A stretch of 64,000 nucleotides of DNA from an uncultured Gemmatimonadaceae bacterium. GTDB taxonomy: Bacteria; Gemmatimonadota; Gemmatimonadetes; Gemmatimonadales; Gemmatimonadaceae. Below the pieces are notes generated by a model. It saw only the letters and a program-made list of their open reading frames with translations. It did not search any database and was not told the origin of the DNA. Of the stretch, positions 22,184 to 33,383 are shown piece after piece (position 1 is the first letter of the stretch; each line of letters begins with the position of its first letter). The stretch is from assembly GCA_963829055.1 (NCBI GenBank), contig CAWHHI010000012.1, positions 32,001-96,000 on the forward strand, read 5' to 3'. A program made the position numbers and the translations under genes.

Positions 22184-22688
22184 GGTTCATCGCGCCGGGC
22201 CGGTGGGGACTGCGATTGGGCGGATCGGTACGGCGAAACGACCGGATCCGGCTTTGCATTCAGGCATCATCGCGCCGCGGTCGGTGGGAACGACGATGAC
22301 GCGGATGACGCGGAAGACGGCCGGATACGGCTTTGCATTCGACACTGGCCCTCGCCGGGCCGTGATTGAACATTGGGAACGGCCGCTCGGGACGCAGGAG
22401 TCTCCCGAGCGGCCGTCCCAAGAATTCACGGCTCGTGGCGTGAGGAGCCGGATCTACCGAGCAGTATCCTGCTTCTTCCGCGTCATCGCGCGATCGCAGT
22501 TCCCGTTGGCCGGGCGCGATGATGCGTCGATGCAAAGCCGGATCCGGCCGTTTTGCCGTGTCATCCGCAAAATCGTAGTCCCCACCGGCCCGGCACGATG
22601 ATTCCTGAATGCGGAGCGCGAATCCGGTAGTTTCGCAGTACCGATCCGCCAGATCGTCAGTTCTCACCGGCCCCGGCGCGATGACGGC
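22183..22688. repeat. Composite long palindromic intergenic element (A-A-hairpin-A'-A')
   Basis: ~80-nt units CATCGCGCCG..CGGTGGG...CGGAT...CCGGAT.CGGCTTTGCATTC twice forward and twice inverted around hairpin GGGAACGGCCGCTCGGGA..TCCCGAGCGGCCGTCCC. Confidence 0.85.
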
Positions 22689-22694
22689 TGGCAC

Positions 22695-24688
22695 TCAGTT
22701 CAGCCTAACGACATACACGCGTGCCCACGGAAAGGCGACATTGCCGCCGCCCGGAGACTGCATACGGAACGTGGCCACCGGCGCGCCCGCGTTGCGTTGC
22801 GCCAGGAAGTACACACCCGACCCCGACTGCGCAGTCGTCGTGAACGGCGCACCTGGCGTGAACACTCGCAGGGGGTAGTTCCCACCCGCCGCGCCAGCCA
22901 CCGCGTCACGCATGTTCCAACTGACGTACGAATACCGCGCATCGAGCGACGATACGCCGAGGTTATCGGTGTAATTCGCGATCAGCCATCCCGGAGATGA
23001 TCTGGTCGAACGGCACTCCTGCCCGCTGCACGAGGTTCGTGACACTGATCTGCGGGCCCGCGACGAGCCGGCGGAAGAATGCGCGCGCGTTCCCGGGTGC
23101 GTAGTGATCCGCGGTGTAGCGCAGCAACGCCCAGGCCGCGCCGCGAGGGCCGAGGTCCTTGTCCGCATTCGAGCCGATGGGAGACGAGGTATCCGGACGT
23201 ACCAGCCACGTCGAGAAGCGCGCCAGGTTCTGCTGGAAGAATGCGTTGTAGTCGTCCGTGTTCGTGCGAACGTCCGAGAACGACAGGCTCTGGAAATCCC
23301 CGAACCCACGCGACGCGCGACCGACGGCTTCCTCGGCGAAGTGCGACAGTCCCTCGTTCAGCCAGTCGACCTCGAAGGAATCGGCGTCGGGGTTGAACTG
23401 ACGGATGCCCTGGTTGATCATGTGCTGGAACTCGTGCGCGATGGTGCCGCGCGTCGACTGCCTAACGAGCGCCGTGGAGCGGGGGTCGCCGAACGTGCCG
23501 GAGGGGTCCGCGGCGAGCAGATAGAACACTTCCTGCTCGTTGGTCTGCGGGCAGCTGATGGGCGGGCTCGCTGCCTGGTAATCCGCCTTCGTGAACAGGT
23601 CGCCGCCCCAGAAGAACCCACCGATGTAGCTGTTCGATCCCTTCGGCGTGAACTTGTTCACTTCGGGCGTATACAGGATCGTGACTCGCCCGTCTTTATT
23701 GATGTCCGTCGGCGCGCCGAACCACGACGTGTCGGTCTTGAAAATGAGATCGTCGAACTCGGCGGCGATCGCGGTGAAGTCTGCCGCAGTGAATCCGTTC
23801 GCCGCGGCGTTCACATCCAACGCCACCTGCACCTTCTTGCCGACCGCCTTCACGACGCCGCGGACGGAAAAGAAGCTCGTGCAGAGATCCGATGCCAATA
23901 CGTCTGGGACTCGGTACGGGATCGTGTCCCCAAGCGCAGCGGCTGCCGCGAGTAAGGAAGGGTGAGCTCCGGATGCAGACCGCGCCACGACGTCACTGGC
24001 TGTTGCGCCTCGCCCCGCCATCGCGCGGACGATACGACCTTCCTGTCGACGAATGCGGTTCTCGATGTTGTCGCGCTGCTCGAGCGATTCGGACACGCGA
24101 CGGAATTCGGCCGAGAGGCCGTTCGCTGACGACGGACGCGGCCGGCGACACTGATGCGACCGTGCCGTTCTGCAGCGAAACCGCGAACGTCTGCTTGTCG
24201 TCCGGCGTCGGATTCGCGTTGGCGGTGATGAACAGGAGCTGGCTCGCCGCGGCGGACGATGCCAGCGTTATGCAGGACACGGCGGCGGGGCCGCTGAGCA
24301 CCGACACCTGCCCGACCGCCAATGTGAGCGGGTTCGCGCATCGATCCACGTCGACGGTCAGCGGCAGCGTGCCCTTGGCATTGTCGGCCTGAGCCGTGAT
24401 CGTAACGGCACCTGGAGCCACGGCCGTGATGAGGCCCTTCTGATCGACGGTCGCGACAGCGGCACTGCTCGTACTCCACGTCGGTGTCTTCGACGCGACG
24501 TCATCACCCTTCGAGTTGATCAGCCGCGCAGTCGCGGTCATCGTCGCGCCAACCTGCAGCGAGGGCGCCGGCGCGCTCACGACGATGTTCGTAACCGTCG
24601 TCGCTGACGGCGCGCTCGGGCCATCGCTGCACGCGCCGACAAGTGCGCACATCGTCACGATCGCCGCGAACGAAGCAACTGTCTTCAT
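22695..24688 (-). CDS. Lipoprotein with Ig-like (Big_2) domain and zinc metallopeptidase domain (M30-like), frameshifted
   Basis: Lipobox LVGAC; TWSTSSAAVATVDQKGLITAVAPG; TIAHEFQHMI...WLNEGLSHFAE. Confidence 0.82.
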
Positions 24689-25023
24689 TAAAGCACGCTC
24701 CTCTAGCACGCTGGTCGCGCGCGAAAATGGCGGCGCACACTGGCCCGCCGCCTGACAAGAAAATGTGGAGCGCGAGGCGTGCCGTAACGCGGCGCCTTAC
24801 GCGAACAACTCGTGAAGTTTACGAGCTCTGCCGCGGAGAACAACTGACACGGCGCGGCGTTGCGGTCTCTGGCTATACAGCCGAGTCAATCACCAGAGAC
24901 GACTTGCGAGCGGTCGGCGCAATGCCACTCGACCCTGTACAACTCCGCCGCGATGCCGCGCCACCAACCCAACTGCTACCAGTCGATTTCCTTCAGCAAT
25001 CGTTGGACACCAAAGGGTCGGAC

Positions 25024-25188
25024 TCAGTGTGACACAGCGCTCGCATGCGACGTGACCTGCGTCACAGAAGGTTCGGCGCCTGCCATCTTCACGCTGCACG
25101 AAATGAACAGACCGAGAGTGAAAGCCAGGAACAACCGCTGGTAGGCGGGACGCTCGAAAAAGCGGCGAATGGCGCGATCCAGATCCAT
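25024..25188 (-). CDS. Possible small membrane protein
   Basis: MDLDRAIRRFFERPAYQRLFLAFTLGLFISCSVK: hydrophobic segment; no family recognised. Confidence 0.3.
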   Translation of the reverse strand: MDLDRAIRRFFERPAYQRLFLAFTLGLFISCSVKMAGAEPSVTQVTSHASAVSH

Positions 25189-25272
25189 GAGACAACAGAG
25201 TTGAGGAACGCCGTCATGAGACATGACGGCGGCTGCGAAGCCGAGACCCTACCCCGCGGAGCGAACTTCGTT

Positions 25273-26166
25273 TCAGTGGAATGTGTACGCGCCACCAAGG
25301 CGAAACGTCGTGGCGTCGGTCGGCACGGAATACAGCTCAGCGGTCACCGCAGCGCCAGCGCTCACGCGATACCAACCGCCCGCCCCGATCGCGAACCGTG
25401 TCATGTCGACGCTGATCTTCGTGTCGTCGAAGGCCGCGTTGGTATACTGAAAACCCACCTGGAAACGCGGGCGTAACCACGTCACGCCCGGTGACGCGTA
25501 CGCCCCCCACCGCCCACCAGCCGCCTCTTTCGCGATTCCTGCCTCGGCGCCGAACATGTTCGGCTCATACGTGTCGCTCGAGGGTTCGGTACCGTAACAC
25601 GCGGCGTTGGGGTCCGACTGCTGCAGGTTCTTCTCGGGGCACGTGATCGACCCACGGACGTGCCCGAACGTCCCGTGTGCGCGGAGGAGCAGTGATAGGC
25701 TGCCCTGTTCGGCGCTCCCGCTGAGGTGGACGGGGCGTGACAGCGCCACGCTTCCAAGGTTCGGCTCTGCATCGGCAACCTTGATCGGAGGCAGATAGCT
25801 GCCTTCCAGCAGCACGCCGCCCGGGAGTCCGATCGCCACGCGCGGACGCGGGAAGACCGGAGAGAGGTTTGTGTTCTCGGTCTTCTTGACGCCGTAGCAG
25901 GCCTCAGGCTGTTGGATCTCCTTGCTTGGCGACGGAACGTACGAGGCCTCGATGCCGATCCGGAATCGCCACGGAGCGAGGGGTTGGACCATGCCGCCAG
26001 GTGAGAACGAGATGGGCGTCGCAAAAAAGGCGAGCAACTTCGCCTCGTTGCTCTCTGTCGGTGGATGGCAGGTGACGCCCGTCTGGGCGCTCGCGGATGA
26101 AGCACCGAGCAAGAGCGACGCAGCGGCGAGCGTGAGCCCGATTCGGCGGCTAAGCGTAACTAGCAC
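25273..26166 (-). CDS. Secreted hypothetical protein, possible outer-membrane beta-barrel
   Basis: Signal peptide, alternating beta-strand pattern, aromatic C-terminus GGAYTFH. Confidence 0.7.
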   Translation of the reverse strand: MLVTLSRRIGLTLAAASLLLGASSASAQTGVTCHPPTESNEAKLLAFFATPISFSPGGMVQPLAPWRFRIGIEASYVPSPSKEIQQPEACYGVKKTENTNLSPVFPRPRVAIGLPGGVLLEGSYLPPIKVADAEPNLGSVALSRPVHLSGSAEQGSLSLLLRAHGTFGHVRGSITCPEKNLQQSDPNAACYGTEPSSDTYEPNMFGAEAGIAKEAAGGRWGAYASPGVTWLRPRFQVGFQYTNAAFDDTKISVDMTRFAIGAGGWYRVSAGAAVTAELYSVPTDATTFRLGGAYTFH

Positions 26167-26487
26167 AAAGGGATTGGTGAGAGCGTGTGGAGTGGCGACT
26201 GGCTGCCAGGATCGCGCAACGATAACGAGCCGCTTCTAACTCTCGCCACCCTATTGCGGTGGACGGTTCGGAATCGCGGCGGCGCTACACGAACGGTGGC
26301 GGGTCGTTCTCCTATGGACGCCTCAATCCTACGCCCGCAATGCGCTCGCACTACCTGACCGAACGAACGCCGGGGCTCCGGGATTCATCCAGGAACCGGT
26401 CCGCGTCGAGGAGCTGGACGCCTGCCTAACGATCGTCTTCGGGAGCGCGTCGGGCCGACCGGACGACCGTCAGCCGGACGACACCGG

Positions 26488-27612
26488 TCACTGACCGGTC
26501 AGCGCCTGATCGAGATCGGCGATCAGGTCGTCCGCGTGTTCGAGCCCGATCGAAAGACGGAGCAGGTTATCCGGCGTTCCGCTGTCCGGCGATTCGACCG
26601 AGGCGCGATGCTCGATCAGACTTTCAGGGCCGCCGAGGCTCGTGGCGCGCGTGAACACGCGGACACGCGCCTTCGTGCGCAGGGACGCTTCGCGCCCGCC
26701 GCGCACCTGCACCGACACCATTCCGCCGAACGCGGTCATCTGCCGAGCGGCTATGTCGTGACCGCGATGCGACGCGAGTCCCGGATAGTGGACCGCCTCG
26801 ACGTTCGCGTGCGCTTCGAGGAATGAAGCGATCGCCATCGCGTTCGCGGAATGTGCACGAACGCGATGCGGAAGCGTCTTGATGCCTCGGACGACGAGCC
26901 AGCAGTCGAATGGCGCGGCAATGGCGCCACCGGCTGTCTGCACCAGGCGAACACGCTGGAAGAAGTCGTCATCCTCGCGCGCGACGATCGCACCTCCCAT
27001 GACATCGCCATGCCCGCCCAGGTACTTCGTGGTGGAGTGCATGACGAGATCGGCCCCGAGGTCCAGCGGCCGTTGCCCGATGGGTGTTGCCCACGTGTTG
27101 TCTACCGCGCAGCGAGCGCCGGCGTCGTGCGCCAGCGTGGCGATCCGCGCGATATCGGCGACGGCGAGCAACGGGTTGGATGGCGTTTCGACCCATACGA
27201 GCCGCGTCCGCGGGCGAATGGCTCCGGCGACGTTCTCGGCGTCGCGCATATCGGCGCCGGTCATCGTTAGGCCCCAGCGGCCGAACACCTGATCCATCAG
27301 CTTGCGCGTGCCGTAGTACACGGACTCCGGCAACACGACGTGGTCTCCCGGCGACAGCGCCTGGAACACCGCCATGGTGGCGGCCTGACCCGACGAGAAC
27401 GCCGCAGCCGCTGCACCGGCCTCCAACGTCGCGAGCACTCGCTCGAGCGCCATGCGGTTCGGATTGGCGTCGCGCGCGTAGATGAAGCCATGCGGCAGCG
27501 AGCCGTCGGCGGAGCGCTCGAACGTCGTCGAGAGGTAGATCGGTGGGGCGACCGCGCCGGTCGCGGCATCAGGGCCGTGTGCGCCGTGTACCGCGAGGGT
27601 GTCGGGATGCAT
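26488..27612 (-). CDS. Cys/Met metabolism PLP enzyme (cystathionine gamma-synthase/lyase family)
   Basis: PPIYLSTTF, YARDANP, VETPSNP, DNTWATP, HSTTKYLGGHGD, SLGGPESL, LRLSIGLE. Confidence 0.95.
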   Translation of the reverse strand: MHPDTLAVHGAHGPDAATGAVAPPIYLSTTFERSADGSLPHGFIYARDANPNRMALERVLATLEAGAAAAAFSSGQAATMAVFQALSPGDHVVLPESVYYGTRKLMDQVFGRWGLTMTGADMRDAENVAGAIRPRTRLVWVETPSNPLLAVADIARIATLAHDAGARCAVDNTWATPIGQRPLDLGADLVMHSTTKYLGGHGDVMGGAIVAREDDDFFQRVRLVQTAGGAIAAPFDCWLVVRGIKTLPHRVRAHSANAMAIASFLEAHANVEAVHYPGLASHRGHDIAARQMTAFGGMVSVQVRGGREASLRTKARVRVFTRATSLGGPESLIEHRASVESPDSGTPDNLLRLSIGLEHADDLIADLDQALTGQ

Positions 27613-27649
27613 GTCGATCGGGAATCGGGAATCGGGAATCGAAGCCAGT

Positions 27650-28742
27650 TCAGTCGCGACCGGACGCGTTAGGCTTGCCGCCCGGCTTCCATTCCGGCTT
27701 CGTCGCCGAATCGGCGAGCAGGCGCGCGGCTCGTACCGCGACGTCCACGAGTCTCGTCATGTGCGCGAAATCAACGTGCGACACGTCGTCCTTCAGCGTG
27801 TGGTAGTCGGTGTGCATGTTGTACGACGACAACGTGTGCGCCACGATGCCGCGCTGCGCGAACGCAATGTTGTCGCTGCGCATGAAGAAGTCCTGGTCGA
27901 GGCGGCGATCGGCAACGATCGGCAGGCCTGCTGCGGCGAAGGAAGCGCCCATCGTCGATCGCTCGAACCCCGTCAACCAGCCGCGACCCGCGCCGCCGGC
28001 GAGCGAGTCGGGTCGGCCGATCATCTCGATCTCGAGGTTGGCCACCATCGCGCTCAGCGGCCGAACGGGATGCTCGATGTACCAGCGCGTGCCGAGCAGG
28101 CCGACCTCCTCGCCGGTGGTTGCCGCAACGATTACCGTGCGCTTCGGCGGCGGTCCGGCCGCCAGCGCACGCGCGATCTCGAGCACCGCCACGACGCCGG
28201 AGGCATCGTCGTCGGCGCCATTGAAGATCGAGTCGCCGGCTGACGGCGCTGCCCAGCCCGAGATGATCGTAGTGCGCATCGACGAGCACGACCTGATCGC
28301 GCAGCGCGGGATCGGCGCCCGGAATGATGCCGACCACGTTCACGGCGGCCGGGCGTGCCTCGGCAGGTAGCGTGTCGCGCGCGGCCAGGGATGGCAGCAA
28401 CGACAGCCCTTTACCTCCGGCTTGTCGTGCGACCGGAACGCGCTGGAAGTAGCCGCTGTCACCGGCAGCCTGCACACCGTATCGTGCCAGCTCCGCGGCG
28501 ATGAAGCGCGCGGCGCGCGCCGATCCGGGAGTGGCTGTGCCGCGCCCCTGCATGGAATCGTCCGCGAGCGCGCCGAGCAGTCGCCGCACGTCGGACTCGC
28601 TGACGCCGGTGGCCGGCTGCGTCACGGGAGTGGGCAGCTGCGACGGGGGGGCCGAGGAGACGGTCACTCCGCGAGAGCATGCGCCGGTCACGAGTAGACC
28701 CGCGAGAAGAACGCGACGTCCGAGGAAGCGCAGCCTGTGCAT
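27650..28742 (-). CDS. M28-family peptidase lipoprotein, frameshifted near 28260
   Basis: LADDSMQGRGT, NVVGIIPG, DAHYDHLG, NGADDDASG, GEEVGLLG, RSDN, HTDYH. Confidence 0.92.
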
Positions 28743-28941
28743 TGTACGGTAGCTGACTGGAGAAAGGTCAGCCGTACGGCGAAGCGCGGCTGCCGGTCGG
28801 GACAATGGTGCTGCGTGGGACGTAAGCGTCGCATCAATCGCCGCGCAACCCGTCGTCGGCTCGCGCCGTGCGGTACCCATGCCTATACTGGCATGGACAC
28901 TCGCTTCGAGCCGCGTCTCGAACCGACCGGAGTACGAATCG

Positions 28942-30682
28942 ATGCTTCTCCTCGCCTCCCTTCCCCGCGCGCTGCCCGTCGTCCTGTCGCTGGCAATGCA
29001 GCCGGCCGCAGCCACGCAGTCGTTCCTGCCCAGGTCAAAGGCCGTCGATGAGCCCCGACTCCGCGCGCGTGCTCAAGAGCGCGCGGGCGGCGCAGTGGGA
29101 TTTCGAAAGTACTCGGCGCGCGAACCTGCCGATCACCCCACGAGGATCGTCCGGCCGCTGCGACGTGCGCGTCGGGCGGTTCTGCTACTGGTGGGACGAC
29201 GGTGAGTACGATCCGCCCCCCGAGCTGCCGAAGACCAAGTCAGCTCGCAAGGCCCTGCTCGAGCGACTCGCCAACGCCGCGGCGAGCCAGCCAGGCGATC
29301 GGTGGATTGCCGGTCAGCGCGTGCGCTATCTGGTCGAGGACGGCCAACCGCAAGCGGCCGTACAGGCGGCACGCGAGTGTCGCGCCGAATCCAGCTGGTG
29401 TCCCCTGCTCGAAGGTTTCGCGCTGCACGCGGCCGGCGACTTCGCGCATTCCGACAGCACGTTCAGTGCGGCGCTCGCGGCAATGTCCGAGCGCGACCGC
29501 TGCCGGTGGACGGACATCTCTCTCCTTCTCGAGGGCGATGCGCGCAAGCGGTACGAGCGACTCGCGTGCGCCGAGCGCGGGCCGTTCGAAGCGCGGTTCT
29601 GGGCGCTGTCACGTCCGCTGTATCTGCTTCCGGCGAACGACCTCCGGACCGAGCACTTCGCGCGCCTAACGATGGCGGAGCTGCTGCGCATGGCGCGCTA
29701 TCCGCACGACATGCCGTGGGGGGACGACTCCCGTGAGCTTCTCGTGCGCTACGGCTGGGAGACGGGCTGGTCGCGAGACGTTCCCTCGGCCATGAGCCCA
29801 ATCGACGTGCACGTGATCGGTCACGAGCCGACGCCGGCGTTCGACTTCGTTCCCGATGCGGAAGGACTCTCGAAGCCCGATTCGCTCGAGGCGTCGGACT
29901 GGGCACTCCGTGACCCTGCCGCCCAGAGCCGGTATGCGCCGCGTTATGCACGATCGATCGGCGATCTCGACTCTCAGGTCGCCATGTTCCGTCGTGGCGA
30001 TTCGGCGCTCGTCGTGGCGGCGTTCGATGCCCGGCGCGATACGGCGTTCACCCACGACTCCATCGATGCGGCGCTCGCAGTGGCGCCAGCCGCCGCGCCG
30101 GATTCCGCGCGCGTCGTCAGCGATTCCGTCGCGCGCCGCAGCGCCGTGCTCACATCGTCGGCCCCGTGGGCTCCGCTCATCGTGAGCGTCGAGGCGTTCG
30201 ACTCGGCGGCGCGACGCGTACGGCGAGCGCGATCGGTGGTGCGCCCGCCGCTGTCCGAAGGCCGAGTTGCCGTGTCGGACCTGTTGCTATTCGACGATCC
30301 CGCTGCACTGCCGACGTCGTTGGACGACGCCACGCGCCGCGCACGCGGCTCGATGCGCGTCGAGCGAACGATACCGGTGGGCGTGTACTGGGAGATCTAT
30401 GGAGTGCCGCCCGACGGCGAAGCGCTGGCCTACACGCTCACGGTGACGCGCGATGGAACATCGTGGTACCGTCGTGCGGCGGAGAAGCTGGGCGTCATCG
30501 ATCGACGGGCACCGGTCTACATGCAATGGGATGAGCCGGCGTCGCGCGTCGATGCATCGCGGTCCCGCGCGATCTCGGTCGATTTCTCTACCCTTCCCGA
30601 GGGCAGGTACCGTATCGACCTAACGCTGACTGCGGGAGGCCAGGCAACAGCGACGGCGAGTCGGGTGGTGGAGGTGAAGTAA
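28942..30682 (+). CDS. Secreted hypothetical protein (TPR-like N-terminus, GWxTD-like core, Ig-like C-terminus), frameshifted near 29030
   Basis: Signal-like MLLLASLPRALPVVLSLA; FWALSRPLY..NDLRTEHFAR...DDSRELLVRYGW; VSDLLL and LPEGRYRIDLT C-terminal domain. Confidence 0.65.
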
Positions 30683-30726
30683 CCAGGCCTTGGGAAGGAG
30701 GCCTGAGGAAGGAGGAGCAAAGCAGC

Positions 30727-30838
30727 TGTCATCCCGAGGAGCGACAGCGACGAGGGACCTTCTGTGACGTCATCGTAGCCGGCCTGCCACGAGTACTTCA
30801 CACAAGATCCCTCGTCGCTTCGCCCGCTCGGGATGACA
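30727..30838. repeat. REP-like palindrome TGTCATCCCGAG...CTCGGGATGACA
   Basis: 12-bp terminal inverted repeat with inner AGCGACGAGGGA / TCCCTCGTCGCT arms, between convergent genes. Confidence 0.88.
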
Positions 30839-30845
30839 AATTCGG

Positions 30846-31584
30846 TCAGAATACCAGGACGAGAATGTCGTAGATCGCGTGCGTCCACGCCGTGATGCCG
30901 AAGCCGCGAAATACGTACAGCGCGCTGAACGCCACGCCCGCGATCGCCCTGAACACGAACGAGTCGAGGCGGAACGGATCGCCGTAGGCACCCACATAGT
31001 GGAAGGCCGAGAAGATCAGCGCCCCTGTCGACGACGGCGAAGGTGTTCGCGAGCGCTGGCCGCCAATGGAGCACGCGCCGCGCGAGCAGCAGCAGACCCG
31101 ACACGAGCAGCACGCGGAACAGAAGCTCTTCGTAGAGTCCAGCGCCGAGCGACAGCATGAGCCGCGCACCCACGCCCATGTGCTGTTGAGTCGGACCGAT
31201 CGCGAGCGGCGAGAATGGCGACAGCAGTCGCGCGGTGACCGTCCCAATGACGAGACCAAAGACGAGCGCCAGCGCGATCGCCTCGACGCTCATCCAGAGG
31301 AACACGCGCGATTCGAGCTTACCGCCGCGCCGCAGGTCGCGCGCGATGAGCCAGATGCTCACGCCAATCACGCACAGAACGAACAGCAACGGGCCGCGGA
31401 CGCCCGCTACAGCCACGAACACCGAGCGGAGCATGACGTCAGCGCCATTGCGCATCTGCTCCCCAGCGAAGCGGGAGAGCGTCGCAGCGAGCACTTCGTA
31501 CAGAATCACGAGCGGAAGCGCGAACGTCACGCTGTAGCGAGGTGCGCGGCTGAGGGTCCAGTAGGACCCCGGTCTGGTAAGCAC
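30846..31584 (-). CDS. CPBP/CAAX-type intramembrane glutamic endopeptidase, frameshifted
   Basis: GAGLYEELLFR, IFSAFHY, RGFGITAWTHAIYD. Confidence 0.88.
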
Positions 31585-31724
31585 GATCAGCCAGAATGGT
31601 ACGGGACACGTGGCGGGCTCACGGGCTGAGCCGGCGGACTCATTCGAATCCTACGATGCGCGCGACCAATAAGTGGCGCGTGCCGGCGGGTCGGCACAAG
31701 CGCGAAGCCACGAGATCGAAATGC

Positions 31725-31756
31725 AAAGCGGCCAGCCCAATTGGGCTGGCCGCTTT
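31725..31756 (-). terminator. Perfect palindrome / terminator downstream of susD
   Basis: AAAGCGGCCAGCCCAA-TTGGGCTGGCCGCTTT. Confidence 0.75.
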
Positions 31757-31778
31757 GTCGCTGCGAATGCCGGGCGCC

Positions 31779-33219
31779 TTACGGGCAACCCTGTGGCTTC
31801 GGAGCCGGACGCGCATCGCACTCGGCGAGCGGAACCGGCTGTGCCCGTGCCACGAAGTGCGTGTACTGTCCGCTCGTGTTGTCGAGCGGGAGCGTGTTCA
31901 GAATGTTGTAGCGACGGGCGTCGTTCCAGCGCTGGCCTTCGAGCAGCAGCGAGTAACGGCGGTTGTACAGCAATTCCGTGATCGCCTGCGCCTGCGTGCC
32001 TAACGACCCGAGCGCGGAGAGCTTGCCCGAGACCGTGCGGATCGTGTTGATGTCGACGAGCGCAGCCGCAAGGTTGTTGAGCTGGATGTTCGCTTCGGCG
32101 CGGAGGAGGATCAGTTCCTCGTTGCGGATGATCGGCACGTCCGTGCTCGGCGTCGCATAGATCGTGAACGCATAGTTCGCCGGAATGCCCGTTCCCTGCG
32201 GTGGTGAGACAGGGTTCGCGAGCTTGACCACCTTTCTCCCGACGCGATCGTCCAGCGTCGTACCATCGGCTTGCTTCTGAGCGTCGGTCACGATGCTCGC
32301 GTGCGCGAACAGGTTGCCGTTATTCGCGGTCGAGAGGCTGTTCTGCACGTCGCCGGTGGCGGTGCTGTAGTTGTTGTACACACCGGCGTTCAGCTGCGCC
32401 AGGCTGGTCGCAGCGCCCGGAGCGGTGGCGAACGACTCGCCGATCGCGGTCAGCGCCTGCGTGAAGCACGGAGCTCCGCAGCCCTGCGTACCACGATTCA
32501 CGAGCACCCGCGCGAGAATCGCGCGGTTGAACTTGAGGAAGGTGGCGGGCGTGTCGAAACCAGCGAAGCCCTTGCTGAGCGTGAACGGAAACGCGGCCCC
32601 ACCGGCGGAAAGGTCGGCCTTCCCCTGCTCGAGCATTCCGGTGGAGAACTTGTACGCTGAATCCTTGCTGACGAACGGGCGCCAGCTCGTTCGGGTCCTC
32701 GTTGACGTCAACCGGCGTCCCGAGCGTATCGCGCGCGTACAGCACGTACATCACGTCCAGGCCGCGAATGGTCTTCGCGAAACCGGTCGTCGCCTTCTTC
32801 TGTGCATCGGTCAAGGTCGACGCTTCGACCGCGTTCATCAGATTGACCGCGTTCCGCATGTTGTTGAAGCGGTTGTTCCAGTTGGTCCCGGTGGCGCCGA
32901 AGCCGCCCGGATCGATCGTCTTTCCTCCGGGGCCGGGGCCCGGAACGCCCACCAGGAACCCGGTGACGTTGCGCGTGTCCGTCGAGAAATAGACATACGA
33001 CTCACGGCCAAGGAAGCCGAAGTCCTGGCTCGTGCCGGGCTGCAGCGATCGCTCGCGCTCGATGAGACCCGTCGCGGCCAGTTGAATTCCTTGAGGATCC
33101 TTGGACACGCCGTCCGTAGTCGGCGCGTTGTAGTTCGGGATCGCGAGACGGTCGGCACTGCAGGCCGCCGCTCCCAGAAGTGCTCCCGAGAGCACCCATC
33201 CCTTCAGGGTGTACTTCAT
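31779..33219 (-). CDS. RagB/SusD-family nutrient-binding lipoprotein, frameshifted near 32690
   Basis: Lipobox GAAAC; PIIRNEELILLRAEA...INTIR...RRYSLLLEGQRWNDARR. Confidence 0.9.
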
Positions 33220-33273
33220 CCGTTAGCTATCTCCTCGAATGCCCGGAGGCACCCGTTCGTTGATTCGTTAGGT

Positions 33274-33374
33274 GGTCATTCCGAGCGAAGTCAGGGAACC
33301 GACGTCGTCGCAGCTGGGGCAAACCCCTGCGGCCACAATCGCGGTTCCTCTCACTTCGCTGCCTCGGAAAGACA
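33274..33374. repeat. Degenerate REP-like palindrome between susC and susD
   Basis: GGTCATTCCGAGCGAAGT.AGGGAACCG ... CGGTTCCTCTCACTTCGCTGCCTCGGAAAGAC. Confidence 0.7.
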
Positions 33375-33383
33375 ACGCGCTGC

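Noticed and set aside
22183..22688. CRISPR array
   Set aside because: Units are ~80 nt, divergent, inverted and lack unique spacers; no cas genes.
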